Positions 49,716 through 58,038 of a stretch of 64,000 nt of DNA are shown here, piece after piece (the stretch's first letter is position 1; the number at the start of each line of letters is the position of its first letter). Position numbers and translations under genes: made by a program. The notes below the pieces were generated by a model that ran no database searches, was not told the origin of the DNA, and saw only the letters and a list, made by a program, of their open reading frames with translations. The stretch is from Poseidonia sp. (GTDB lineage: Archaea > Thermoplasmatota > Poseidoniia > Poseidoniales > Poseidoniaceae). The DNA lies in assembly GCA_022426155.1 (NCBI GenBank), contig JAKMEE010000022.1:90610-154609 (forward strand), in the 5' to 3' direction.

Positions 49716-50108
49716 ATGAGTGATGAACATGTGGTTGAATCTAAAATTCAACCACCTGCCTTGTCTTGCCCAAAGTGCAACGGCATGCTCCCTATGAAAT
49801 TAGGAGAAGTAACCTGCAAACTTTGTGAGGCCCGTGTCCGCATTGATCATGCTCAAACACGGAAAAACTGGGCTCAAGAAAAGCTGAGTTGCCCAGAGTG
49901 TTCCAAAGTTCTCATCGCTGGGGTCGACCAACGACCTGCACAGCTAAAATGCGGGTCTTGCGAGACCTACTTCACCCTCGCCGAACAAACTCCTCGGGTT
50001 GAAATTACTTGCCCTGGATGTGAACGCAACCTTCGAATGAAACGCCGACCTGGAGAGCGTAGCATTGAATGTCCAGCTTGTGAGACATCCTTCAAGGTCA
50101 AATTTTGA
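49716..50108 (+). CDS. Triple zinc-ribbon protein (MJ0042-type CPxC...CxxC fingers)
   Basis: Three units are present: CPKC-x11-CKLC, CPEC-x15-CGSC and CPGC-x14-CPAC, giving 12 Cys in 130 aa. GGAGG lies 8 nt upstream of ATG 49716, and the gene starts 18 nt after the ArsR stop. Confidence 0.7.
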   Translation: MSDEHVVESKIQPPALSCPKCNGMLPMKLGEVTCKLCEARVRIDHAQTRKNWAQEKLSCPECSKVLIAGVDQRPAQLKCGSCETYFTLAEQTPRVEITCPGCERNLRMKRRPGERSIECPACETSFKVKF

Positions 50109-50240
50109 GTGATGGACTCTCATACCTTGGAAACCCCTTTCGCTCTATTTGTTAAGGTGACAAAATCGCTTGACGCGTCGTTTATTCTTCGCGTTCCTTA
50201 TGTATGAAGAGACCAGCATGAACAAGTGGATGGGATTCCA

Positions 50241-52787
50241 ATGAATGTGAGCGAAAGCCACGCGAGTGAGGCTGTGGAAGCAGCACAAATGAAACGTGAG
50301 AACACGGAGCGTGTCACACTCGCTTCATTGAGATCTCAATTCACAGCCACCTCTACGACCAGTCTTGATGCAGCTCTTGGTACGCAGGCCAGATTCCGAG
50401 ATGAAGAACGCCTTCGTGCAGATTTACGCCGTGAGCGACGTTTGAGGCAACAAGCCATCACCGAACGCGTTCATGCCATGCAGAAAGCCATGGCCAACGA
50501 CCTTGCAACTCAACATGAGATGACATTAGATGGTCTGGAGCGTGATTTGCGCCAATCGATGGAATCTGAATTGGAGTTACTCGAGAAACAGGCTTTGGCC
50601 CAAGAAGAATCTCGCATGCGTGACGAATTGGATCTTCGATTGCATCGCCAAGTCGAGGTACTCCGTGATCAGCACGAGGTTGAACAGGAACTACGCCTAG
50701 AAGAGCGGAAAAAAGAGATCAAAGCAGGGATCGAATCTGAGCTTCAAGGGGAACATGAACGCCGGGTGTCCATCCAAAAAGAACGCCTTAATTTGGAATA
50801 TAATCAAGAACTACAACATCGATTGAGAGAAATCGAAGCCAATCTCGCACAAGAGATGGAAGAACGCTTCCAAGAGATGGAAGAACGAGAGATCTCACGT
50901 CTTGAAGATGGCCATGCTGCTTTACTCTCTGAGCGAGAAGATCAACTTCGCCGAGGAATACGTACCCGCCTGGAACAACAACTTCGTCAGCGACTTAAGC
51001 AACGTGAAGCCCGCCTCAAAGTTGAATTCGAACGCCGAAGTTTGCGTTTGGAAGAAGACATCGCTCAACAACTACAATCAGAAATCGAGCATCAGCTTCG
51101 CAAAGAAACAGATGAACTTGAAGAAAATATGCGTGATGATGTAGAACTTGCCATTGCTAAGCGCCGAGATGAACTTCGAGTTGAGATTGAACACCAACTA
51201 TCAGAGCAACAATCCACTAAGATGGCTGAACGAAAATCACGCTTGAAAGCCAAGTATGATTTGACATTTAGCAAGGCAGTTGAGGATATTTCTAAGACCC
51301 TCCAATCTGAGATAGAGGCTGAATTGGGGCATAGGATGGATCACGAATTCACAGCATATCGTAATGCACGTGAGGCTGAAATCCAAAACCGATTGTCTCG
51401 TTTCAGATACGAACGTGAAGCCGAACTGCGGGAGCAACTCGAAGCACAACACACCGTTTCTAAGCAAGATTGGGAAGAACGTCTTGATCTTGAATTCCAA
51501 TCAAGAGAAGCCGCCGCCCGTAAAGCGATCATGTCGGAAGTTGATGCAGGGCTACGCAATGAACGCTTAACTCATGAAACCGATCTCGATCTTCTCAAAG
51601 AAGAAACCACCCTAGAATTAGAGGTCGATATGGAAGACCGCTTGAGGGAATTCAAATCTCGAAAGGAAGAAGAAGTTGCCACGCAACTTGAACGTCAACT
51701 CGACAAGCGAGAAGAGATCATGCGCAACAAAGCGCTCATCGATGTTCGCAAGCGTGAGGCCCAAATTCGTGCCGAGATTGAAGCCCAACTTGGTCTCAAG
51801 CGTGCAGAAATTCGTGACAGGCTTAAGGGACTCTCAGAGAAGATGGATTCCTTCAAGGAAATGGCTGAAGAAAAGATGCGGGACGCTGTCACGCAACAGA
51901 TCCAAGGCGAAATCGACATGGATGAAGGAGAACTTCGAACACGTGAAGCTGAATACAGCGCCCTTCAATCCACCGACACTCGGGCAGAAAAGAGGCAGAA
52001 ATGGATGCAATCCATTTCAGGTCAAGCCCCTGCTGCATTTGGTTCAGGTGCCATGGACCCATCTGCGCTTGGGGCACGTCCCGATGGGCTGGGAGCCGCT
52101 GCTGGCCGGCCCATGCGAGGGTTGATGGGAGAACAATCTCAACCAGAACCTCGTCTCGGTCTCGGTGGCATGCGAGCGCCAATGACCAGTGCAAAGCCAT
52201 TGAGCAACACAGCACAATCAACGCCTCAAGTCCATGCTGTACGCACACCAATCGCAACACCCGGATCGTTACCACAGCCTGTTCGTAATGTGAGGCAACC
52301 AATTGCTTCACCAGTCATCACGCCACAAGAAGATACGGCTATTGATGAACTCTCTACAGTAGAAGAGACAGCAGAAGAGAACTTTGTGGAATCATCGCAA
52401 GAGGAGATAGAATCCGTTGTTGAAGAGGTTGCGGAGGATATCATTGATGAAATTGAGGAAGTTGCTGCTTCTGAGTTTGATGAGATTGAAACCCTCGAGC
52501 CCGAATTGCCTTCTGAAGAAGCAGTCATTGAGCATCCAGAGCCTGTCAATGACGAGGAACCCGTTTTACTTCGACCAGTGAAAGGCGTCCTGGCTCCCGC
52601 CAATGAGAATGAAACTTTGGAAACCACAACAATCACACCGGTTGGCCCGACATTGATTCCAACAAAACGACGTGGTCCTCCCCCCTCTAAAACCGCTCAA
52701 CTTCGGCCAGTAAAGGGAACGCTCAATCCTCTGAAGATCGCTCCAGCAAAGAAATTGCGACCAAAGACTGACGAAGACGAAGACTGA
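50241..52787 (+). CDS. Large E/R/Q/L-rich coiled-coil (or single-alpha-helix) protein with a Pro-rich and acidic C-terminal region
   Basis: About 550 residues are almost pure charged heptad-like sequence with a recurring (S/A)E(I/L)E..L element (ESELELLEKQ, IESELQGE, QSEIEHQL, VEIEHQLSE, QSEIEAEL, RAEIEAQL). A Gly/Pro/Ala-rich region and an acidic block follow. A duplicated LRPVKG(V/T)L(A/N)P motif lies at nt 52570-52599 and 52701-52730. No signal peptide or TM helix. GTG 50226 is an alternative start. Confidence 0.7.
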   Translation: MNVSESHASEAVEAAQMKRENTERVTLASLRSQFTATSTTSLDAALGTQARFRDEERLRADLRRERRLRQQAITERVHAMQKAMANDLATQHEMTLDGLERDLRQSMESELELLEKQALAQEESRMRDELDLRLHRQVEVLRDQHEVEQELRLEERKKEIKAGIESELQGEHERRVSIQKERLNLEYNQELQHRLREIEANLAQEMEERFQEMEEREISRLEDGHAALLSEREDQLRRGIRTRLEQQLRQRLKQREARLKVEFERRSLRLEEDIAQQLQSEIEHQLRKETDELEENMRDDVELAIAKRRDELRVEIEHQLSEQQSTKMAERKSRLKAKYDLTFSKAVEDISKTLQSEIEAELGHRMDHEFTAYRNAREAEIQNRLSRFRYEREAELREQLEAQHTVSKQDWEERLDLEFQSREAAARKAIMSEVDAGLRNERLTHETDLDLLKEETTLELEVDMEDRLREFKSRKEEEVATQLERQLDKREEIMRNKALIDVRKREAQIRAEIEAQLGLKRAEIRDRLKGLSEKMDSFKEMAEEKMRDAVTQQIQGEIDMDEGELRTREAEYSALQSTDTRAEKRQKWMQSISGQAPAAFGSGAMDPSALGARPDGLGAAAGRPMRGLMGEQSQPEPRLGLGGMRAPMTSAKPLSNTAQSTPQVHAVRTPIATPGSLPQPVRNVRQPIASPVITPQEDTAIDELSTVEETAEENFVESSQEEIESVVEEVAEDIIDEIEEVAASEFDEIETLEPELPSEEAVIEHPEPVNDEEPVLLRPVKGVLAPANENETLETTTITPVGPTLIPTKRRGPPPSKTAQLRPVKGTLNPLKIAPAKKLRPKTDEDED

Positions 52788-52855
52788 ATATTGCTCCTCT
52801 GGCGTGAAGAGCAGAAGTGCGCGTGGTTCATATCTAACAACAATGTCCTATCGGC

Positions 52856-55300
52856 ATGAACAGAGGCTCCAGTATCGCAATGGCGCTTATTTTCTTTCTC
52901 CAAGTGACCGTTGCCGTGACGGCAAATTCCACCCTTCCAGTGATCACAGATGGGGGTCAGACGGATGAACTCAACAAGGAACTTATCCATTGGACGGTCA
53001 CAAATTCAGGAGATGTGATTACTGTTGGGGCTGATGGAAACGTCAGTTTGAATGCCTTGAACAATGGAATACTTTCGACTCAGTGGACCGTATTTCTCTC
53101 AGTCAATGCAAATTCGGCACGGGTTGATAATGCCGGAGAACTGATTGTCGTCGCCCACCAAACCGGTGTTCAAGTGGTTCAAATTAGTTCGCAGAGTGTG
53201 TTCCAAACCATCAATACAACCAATCCGGTTGATGACGCCTCCTTTGACCATCAAGGGGACTTATGGATTGCTCAATTTGCAGGCAAGCGGATGGCAACTG
53301 AATACGACACCAATGGCCTCACGGGTTCAACCTCTCCAGTCATTACCTCAGGTATCAGTGCATTTGAGATATTGTCTGATGGCCGTCTGGTTTTAGCTTC
53401 CTATGACAAGAAGATCTATGTCACGTCAAATTCAGGTGATTTACTCACGACGCTCACCGAACCAACCGCCATTATTGGCAGTCTTGAAGAAACTTCAGAT
53501 GGAGTTCTCCTTGCCGGGTCCAACGGAGGAACGGTCCACAAATACGATACCAATTCTTGGGCGACCAGTTCGATGAGCCTTTCTCATGGCAAACAGGTGG
53601 TTTCAATGAATCATCGCGGAGATTTCATGTTTGGTATTGGAGCAAAGCAAGGGGAAATCAGCTTCATCAATTCCTCCACCTTAGCCGAAATTGAAACCTA
53701 TACTGGGTCTGGTAATGTCATTGGTTACCTCGCAGAATTCACTGGACAACTCTACATTGCAGGAACCAGCCCAACTTGGACCCGCATTCACTTTTATGAT
53801 CTTGATTCTGATTTGGACGGAGTGAACGACCTTAACGACGCCTTCCCAAATGACAACACTCAGACAACCGACAGCGACGATGATGGATATGGGGATGACG
53901 CCAATGGAAATAATCCAGATGCCTTCCCAAACGAAGCCACCCAATGGGCAGACCTCGATGGTGACGGATACGGTGACAACCCCATTGGGGTTGATGGCGA
54001 CCTCTTCCCAAATAATTCGGATCAATGGAGTGACATAGACGGTGATGGTTACGGAGACAACCGCAATGGAGAGGCTGGCGACCAATTCCCCGAGGAAGCA
54101 ACTCAATGGGGCGACCTAGACCTCGATGGTTACGGAGACAATGCTGATGGTTACAAGCCGGACTCATGCCCAATGCTCAACGGTTTCTCATCCGCTGACC
54201 GTTATGGTTGCCCTGATTCAGACCTCGATGGCTATTCAGACCCAGATGAGGATTGGACGGTGCTGGACGGTGCTGATGCTCTGTCAGAAATCGGTAGCCA
54301 ATGGCAGGATCAAGATTCGGATGGCTACGGTGATTCAGCTCAAGGTTCCACGCCTGATGCATGTCCTTGGGAATACGGATTGTCCACCAAGGCCTGGGTA
54401 CTTGACGAGACAAGCAGTATTGGATATTCCGAGGAACCTTCCTATGGATGCCTCGACAATGATGGCGATGGTTGGGTTGATCGTACCGAATCACCTCTCA
54501 TGGACATTGACCCAAACGAACATTTTGATGCTGACGGAGACGGTGTTGGCTCAAACTCAGATTACGATGATACAAGAAGTTTCATCCAAACCGAACAAGA
54601 TCATTGTTTGACGGATAAAAACGACACATCAGAAGCCTGCCAAGGTTGGAATAATCCAGCCTTCCAGGCTTACCTTGCTGGACAAAATGAAACGGGCTTG
54701 AACTTCTTCTCATGGAATGCATCAGAACAAACAGACTCCTCATCAACCGGGGCACTGAATGTTGATGACGATACCCTCTTCCAAGTCATTAAAGTCGGTG
54801 GAATTGCCTTTGTTTGCTTGACAGGCCTCATTCTTCTCATCGCCTTCATGGTAAACAAGCGAAAAGGGGCAACAGCAAAGAAAACCTATGGTGACCTCTC
54901 CTCATCCCAGACCAATCAAGCCTCAATGGAAGCTTTGGAAGGGAAAGGTGGCATCTCTGCCCAAGGAGGGGTGATCTCGGATTCAGTCTGGGATGACGAT
55001 GTTGCAAACTTTGATTTCGAGGATGAGTCAAATGGATTTGAGGACATGGAACTCAAGGATGATTCGGCTCTTCCCGAAGCAGGGGCAATGACGTACGATG
55101 AGGAGAGTATTGAGGCCATTGCTGGAATGCCTTCACCTCAGCAGTCAACAGAGAAATCCATTGTTGAACCAGAAGTTTCCGAGGAATCCCGACCATCAGA
55201 AGCGCCACCCCTTCCTGAAGGCGGCCTTCCTGACGGATGGACCATGGATCAGTGGCAGTGGTATGGCCATGAGTGGCTGGCCAAGTATGGAAAGAATTAG
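52856..55300 (+). CDS. Type-I membrane protein: signal peptide, propeller-like repeats, thrombospondin-type-3-like Ca-binding repeats, TM helix, acidic cytoplasmic tail
   Basis: Signal peptide MALIFFLQVTVAVTA. Blade-like repeats are present (SGDVITVGADGNV, SDGRLVLASYDKKIYV, SDGVLLAGSNGGTVHKYD). At least 6 copies of D(A/L)FPN(D/E)xTQWxDxDGDGYGDN follow. TM segment IAFVCLTGLILLIAFMV. Confidence 0.7.
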   Translation: MNRGSSIAMALIFFLQVTVAVTANSTLPVITDGGQTDELNKELIHWTVTNSGDVITVGADGNVSLNALNNGILSTQWTVFLSVNANSARVDNAGELIVVAHQTGVQVVQISSQSVFQTINTTNPVDDASFDHQGDLWIAQFAGKRMATEYDTNGLTGSTSPVITSGISAFEILSDGRLVLASYDKKIYVTSNSGDLLTTLTEPTAIIGSLEETSDGVLLAGSNGGTVHKYDTNSWATSSMSLSHGKQVVSMNHRGDFMFGIGAKQGEISFINSSTLAEIETYTGSGNVIGYLAEFTGQLYIAGTSPTWTRIHFYDLDSDLDGVNDLNDAFPNDNTQTTDSDDDGYGDDANGNNPDAFPNEATQWADLDGDGYGDNPIGVDGDLFPNNSDQWSDIDGDGYGDNRNGEAGDQFPEEATQWGDLDLDGYGDNADGYKPDSCPMLNGFSSADRYGCPDSDLDGYSDPDEDWTVLDGADALSEIGSQWQDQDSDGYGDSAQGSTPDACPWEYGLSTKAWVLDETSSIGYSEEPSYGCLDNDGDGWVDRTESPLMDIDPNEHFDADGDGVGSNSDYDDTRSFIQTEQDHCLTDKNDTSEACQGWNNPAFQAYLAGQNETGLNFFSWNASEQTDSSSTGALNVDDDTLFQVIKVGGIAFVCLTGLILLIAFMVNKRKGATAKKTYGDLSSSQTNQASMEALEGKGGISAQGGVISDSVWDDDVANFDFEDESNGFEDMELKDDSALPEAGAMTYDEESIEAIAGMPSPQQSTEKSIVEPEVSEESRPSEAPPLPEGGLPDGWTMDQWQWYGHEWLAKYGKN

Positions 55301-55551
55301 AGCCAAACAATGGGCAAAGAAGCCTTGAGTGCTCCAAGTTCCTCTCCAGTGTACAAGGGTTTCCCGTCAATTTTGCAGGTGTTCATCACAAGCCATAGGA
55401 ATCCGTTCCATGCCGTTGAATCAGCGAATAATTCCACCTTGCCATACACTGCAGCGGTCAGCATTAGGGCTTCATCGGTGTTTTCACCACACAAGGCCTT
55501 CACCAAATCCTTGGCTTTGAAGGTATAACCTGAGGGGCGCCATTCCATCAT
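55297..55551 (-). CDS. Small hypothetical protein (84 aa), third gene of the parA cassette
   Basis: It starts 6 nt after the RHH gene stop (ATG 55551) or overlaps it (TTG 55560). I recognise no motif. Its 3' end overlaps the convergent gene by 4 nt. Confidence 0.4.
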   Translation of the reverse strand: MMEWRPSGYTFKAKDLVKALCGENTDEALMLTAAVYGKVELFADSTAWNGFLWLVMNTCKIDGKPLYTGEELGALKASLPIVWL

Positions 55552-55556
55552 CTGTA

Positions 55557-55829
55557 TCAAACCTGGAATGGGGCGAGATTCAATCTCTCAGCGAGGTGTT
55601 CGATATCAACATCAACGGCTTGTTTCATACGAGTACGCAAGGTATCGATTTCACCCTTCATTTTAAGCATCTTGTGAGTTCGAATCATGTCTTCAAGCAA
55701 GTCATTGACACTTCTGTATCCACCTGTTGTGCGGATGGTATTGAGTTGTCTTCGAATCTCGTAACTCACACTTACGGATGTCATTCCTTCGCCCGTCATT
55801 TCCTTTACCCGTTGGTGGTCGGCTTGCAT
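55557..55829 (-). CDS. Ribbon-helix-helix (CopG/ParG-like) DNA-binding protein with a C-terminal helical tail
   Basis: TSVSVSYEIRRQLNTIRTTGGYRSVNDLLEDMI fits a beta-strand/helix/helix RHH pattern. It lies immediately downstream of parA. ATG 55784 is an alternative start. Confidence 0.55.
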   Translation of the reverse strand: MQADHQRVKEMTGEGMTSVSVSYEIRRQLNTIRTTGGYRSVNDLLEDMIRTHKMLKMKGEIDTLRTRMKQAVDVDIEHLAERLNLAPFQV

Positions 55830-55901
55830 GCCTACTTAACCTGTGCGAAGCCTATCATGCAACTTGACCGCATTTGAGGGGTATATTTGAGCGCCCGTGC
55901 T

Positions 55902-56861
55902 TCAACGAATGTTCCGGGAAAGACGAAGTCGTGATTCTTCAACCACACCAAATTCACGACGTATTTCCTGCACTCGCTGATGAACTTCTTTTGAGAGTGT
56001 CCAATATTCCAAGCTTCCAGCACCAGCTCCAGAATTGGTTGGTTTGTTCAAGATCACAGTCGGTGCACCACTCCATGGGGCTTCGGCTACCTTGGCAAGT
56101 CTTCGAACAGTGGTGTTAAACAATTTGTTTGGCATTTTTTTGTTCACCTGATCGCACACATAGGTACTCAGTTTCGACCGAGCATCAACCATAGTCATGA
56201 CAATACCGAAAATTTTCAAGTTTCGATTGATTCGTCGCTGAATCATCTTGATGGAATTCATCAACATACTGAATCCTTCCAATGCATAATATTCTGCTTG
56301 AACGGGTACCATGACCCAATTCGCTGCACACATTGCATTGATTGAGAGTAATCCCAATGAGGGTGGAGTGTCAATGATGATGTAATCAAAATCATCGATA
56401 ATAGGCATGAGTGCTTCACGGAGTCGTGTTTCTCGACCTATTTTGTGACTCAATTCAATTTCAGCCCCAGAGAGGTGAATGTCACTTGGAAGAATCCAGA
56501 GATGGCCAGCAGAGATGGATTCGGGGACCTTTTTCCCGCCGTTACGCATACTCCATGCTTCACGCATCGAACGTGTGATCTCTTCTGGAGGAATCAGGTA
56601 TTCTTCCATGAGCGGTAAATCCTCTCCAGAATCATTGGTCAACAAATCATAAACCGTTTTTTTGATTTTTTTCTTCTCTAATCCAAAGGACGTCGCACAA
56701 TTTCCCTGCGGGTCCAGATCAATCAACAAAACCTTGGCTGGTGGAAGGCCCTGACGTCGAGAGCCTTTTGCGAGAGCAGCGGCAATGTTCACGGCTGTAG
56801 TAGTTTTAGCACACCCGCCTTTTTGATTGGCGACTGCCATGACCATTTTGTAAGGATTCAT
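55902..56861 (-). CDS. parA: ParA/Soj-type Walker ATPase (SegA-like)
   Basis: Deviant Walker A VANQKGGCAKTTT, plus LIDLDPQGN and IIIDTPPSLG. Confidence 0.9.
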   Translation of the reverse strand: MNPYKMVMAVANQKGGCAKTTTAVNIAAALAKGSRRQGLPPAKVLLIDLDPQGNCATSFGLEKKKIKKTVYDLLTNDSGEDLPLMEEYLIPPEEITRSMREAWSMRNGGKKVPESISAGHLWILPSDIHLSGAEIELSHKIGRETRLREALMPIIDDFDYIIIDTPPSLGLLSINAMCAANWVMVPVQAEYYALEGFSMLMNSIKMIQRRINRNLKIFGIVMTMVDARSKLSTYVCDQVNKKMPNKLFNTTVRRLAKVAEAPWSGAPTVILNKPTNSGAGAGSLEYWTLSKEVHQRVQEIRREFGVVEESRLRLSRNIR

Positions 56862-56933
56862 ACAACGCTCACCCCCGACAAATGAAGACAGAAGTGCCCT
56901 CCTCTTTCAATGCAAGCCTTGAGAAAGGGCGTA

Positions 56934-57935
56934 TCAAGCGGGTTGGATGACCGGAACTGGGACCTCGGAGAGAATCTTTCGCACGATGTGCATTCCGGTG
57001 ATGCCTCGAATCTTTGCTTCTGGCTTCATGTTGATTCTGTGGGAAATGATTTGAAGAGCGATGCCCTTGATGTCATCTGGAATGACGTAATTGCGTCCAG
57101 CCACGGCTGCTGCAGCACGCCCGGTCTTGAACAGGGCTTGACTTGCACGAGGAGAAGCACCGTTGATGACTCGGTGGTCTTCACGGGTGCGCTGCACGAT
57201 TTCAATGATGTAAGAAAGAATAGCAGGGTCAACATGAACGGTTTCAAGCGCCTTCTGCATAGCAACCACCTTCTTGGGGGAAGTCACCATCTCTACAATG
57301 TGCTCATCCTGTCCACGCAATTTACGGCGGGCAAGGATCGCTTTCTCTTCTGCACGGTCCGGATAGCCCATGCTCATCTTCATTAAGAAACGGTCCATTT
57401 GGGCTTCAGGAAGTGGATATGTTCCTTCTTGCTCAATTGGGTTCTGTGTTGCGATAACGACGAAAGGAGCTGGTAATTTGTGAGTGATACCCTCAATCGT
57501 GACCTGCTTCTCTTCCATTGCTTCAAGCAGTGCAGCTTGTGTCTTGGGTGGGGCTCGGTTGATTTCGTCAGCGAGAAGAATGTTGGAAAACAACGGACCA
57601 GCTCTGAGCTTAAATTCCCCAGCTTTCTGGTCATACATGTAGGTCCCCATGATATCAGAAGGCAGCAAATCGGGAGTGAATTGAACACGCTTAAATTTAC
57701 AACCTAGAGCTCGAGCGAAGGTGTTAGCCAAGAGTGTCTTGGCCAGGCCTGGAAAATCTTCAAGCAACATGTTGCCGTTTGAGAGAATACCAACTGTGAC
57801 ACGGCGTAGGTTCTCGTTTTTTCCGATGATGACCTTGCTAACTTCATTCATCAAACTGCCCGATATTGCAGAAACAGTCGCAATCAAATCTTGCGTTCTT
57901 GCTCCTCCAGCGTTTGCTTGCATTCCTGCTTCCAT
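56934..57935 (-). CDS. MoxR-family AAA+ ATPase
   Basis: LLEDFPGLAKTLLA (Walker A), LLADEINRAPPKTQAALLEAM (Walker B/sensor), ATQNPIEQEGTYPLPEAQMDRF. Confidence 0.9.
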   Translation of the reverse strand: MEAGMQANAGGARTQDLIATVSAISGSLMNEVSKVIIGKNENLRRVTVGILSNGNMLLEDFPGLAKTLLANTFARALGCKFKRVQFTPDLLPSDIMGTYMYDQKAGEFKLRAGPLFSNILLADEINRAPPKTQAALLEAMEEKQVTIEGITHKLPAPFVVIATQNPIEQEGTYPLPEAQMDRFLMKMSMGYPDRAEEKAILARRKLRGQDEHIVEMVTSPKKVVAMQKALETVHVDPAILSYIIEIVQRTREDHRVINGASPRASQALFKTGRAAAAVAGRNYVIPDDIKGIALQIISHRINMKPEAKIRGITGMHIVRKILSEVPVPVIQPA

Positions 57936-58038
57936 TGTGATACCTCCAAGGATATTTTGAGACTCTTCCCTTTCTTATATGAATGTGCGCGCTTAACACA
58001 TCATGAATGCTCATGGGTCTGTGTGAGTAAAAAGGGGG

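Noticed and set aside
53681-54611. Cluster of 100-160-aa alternative-frame ORFs on both strands in the TSP3-repeat region
   Set aside because: They are produced by the repetitive GAY/GGY-rich codons of the Asp/Gly repeats. Only the frame encoding the DxDxDG repeats is continuous with a signal peptide and a TM anchor.
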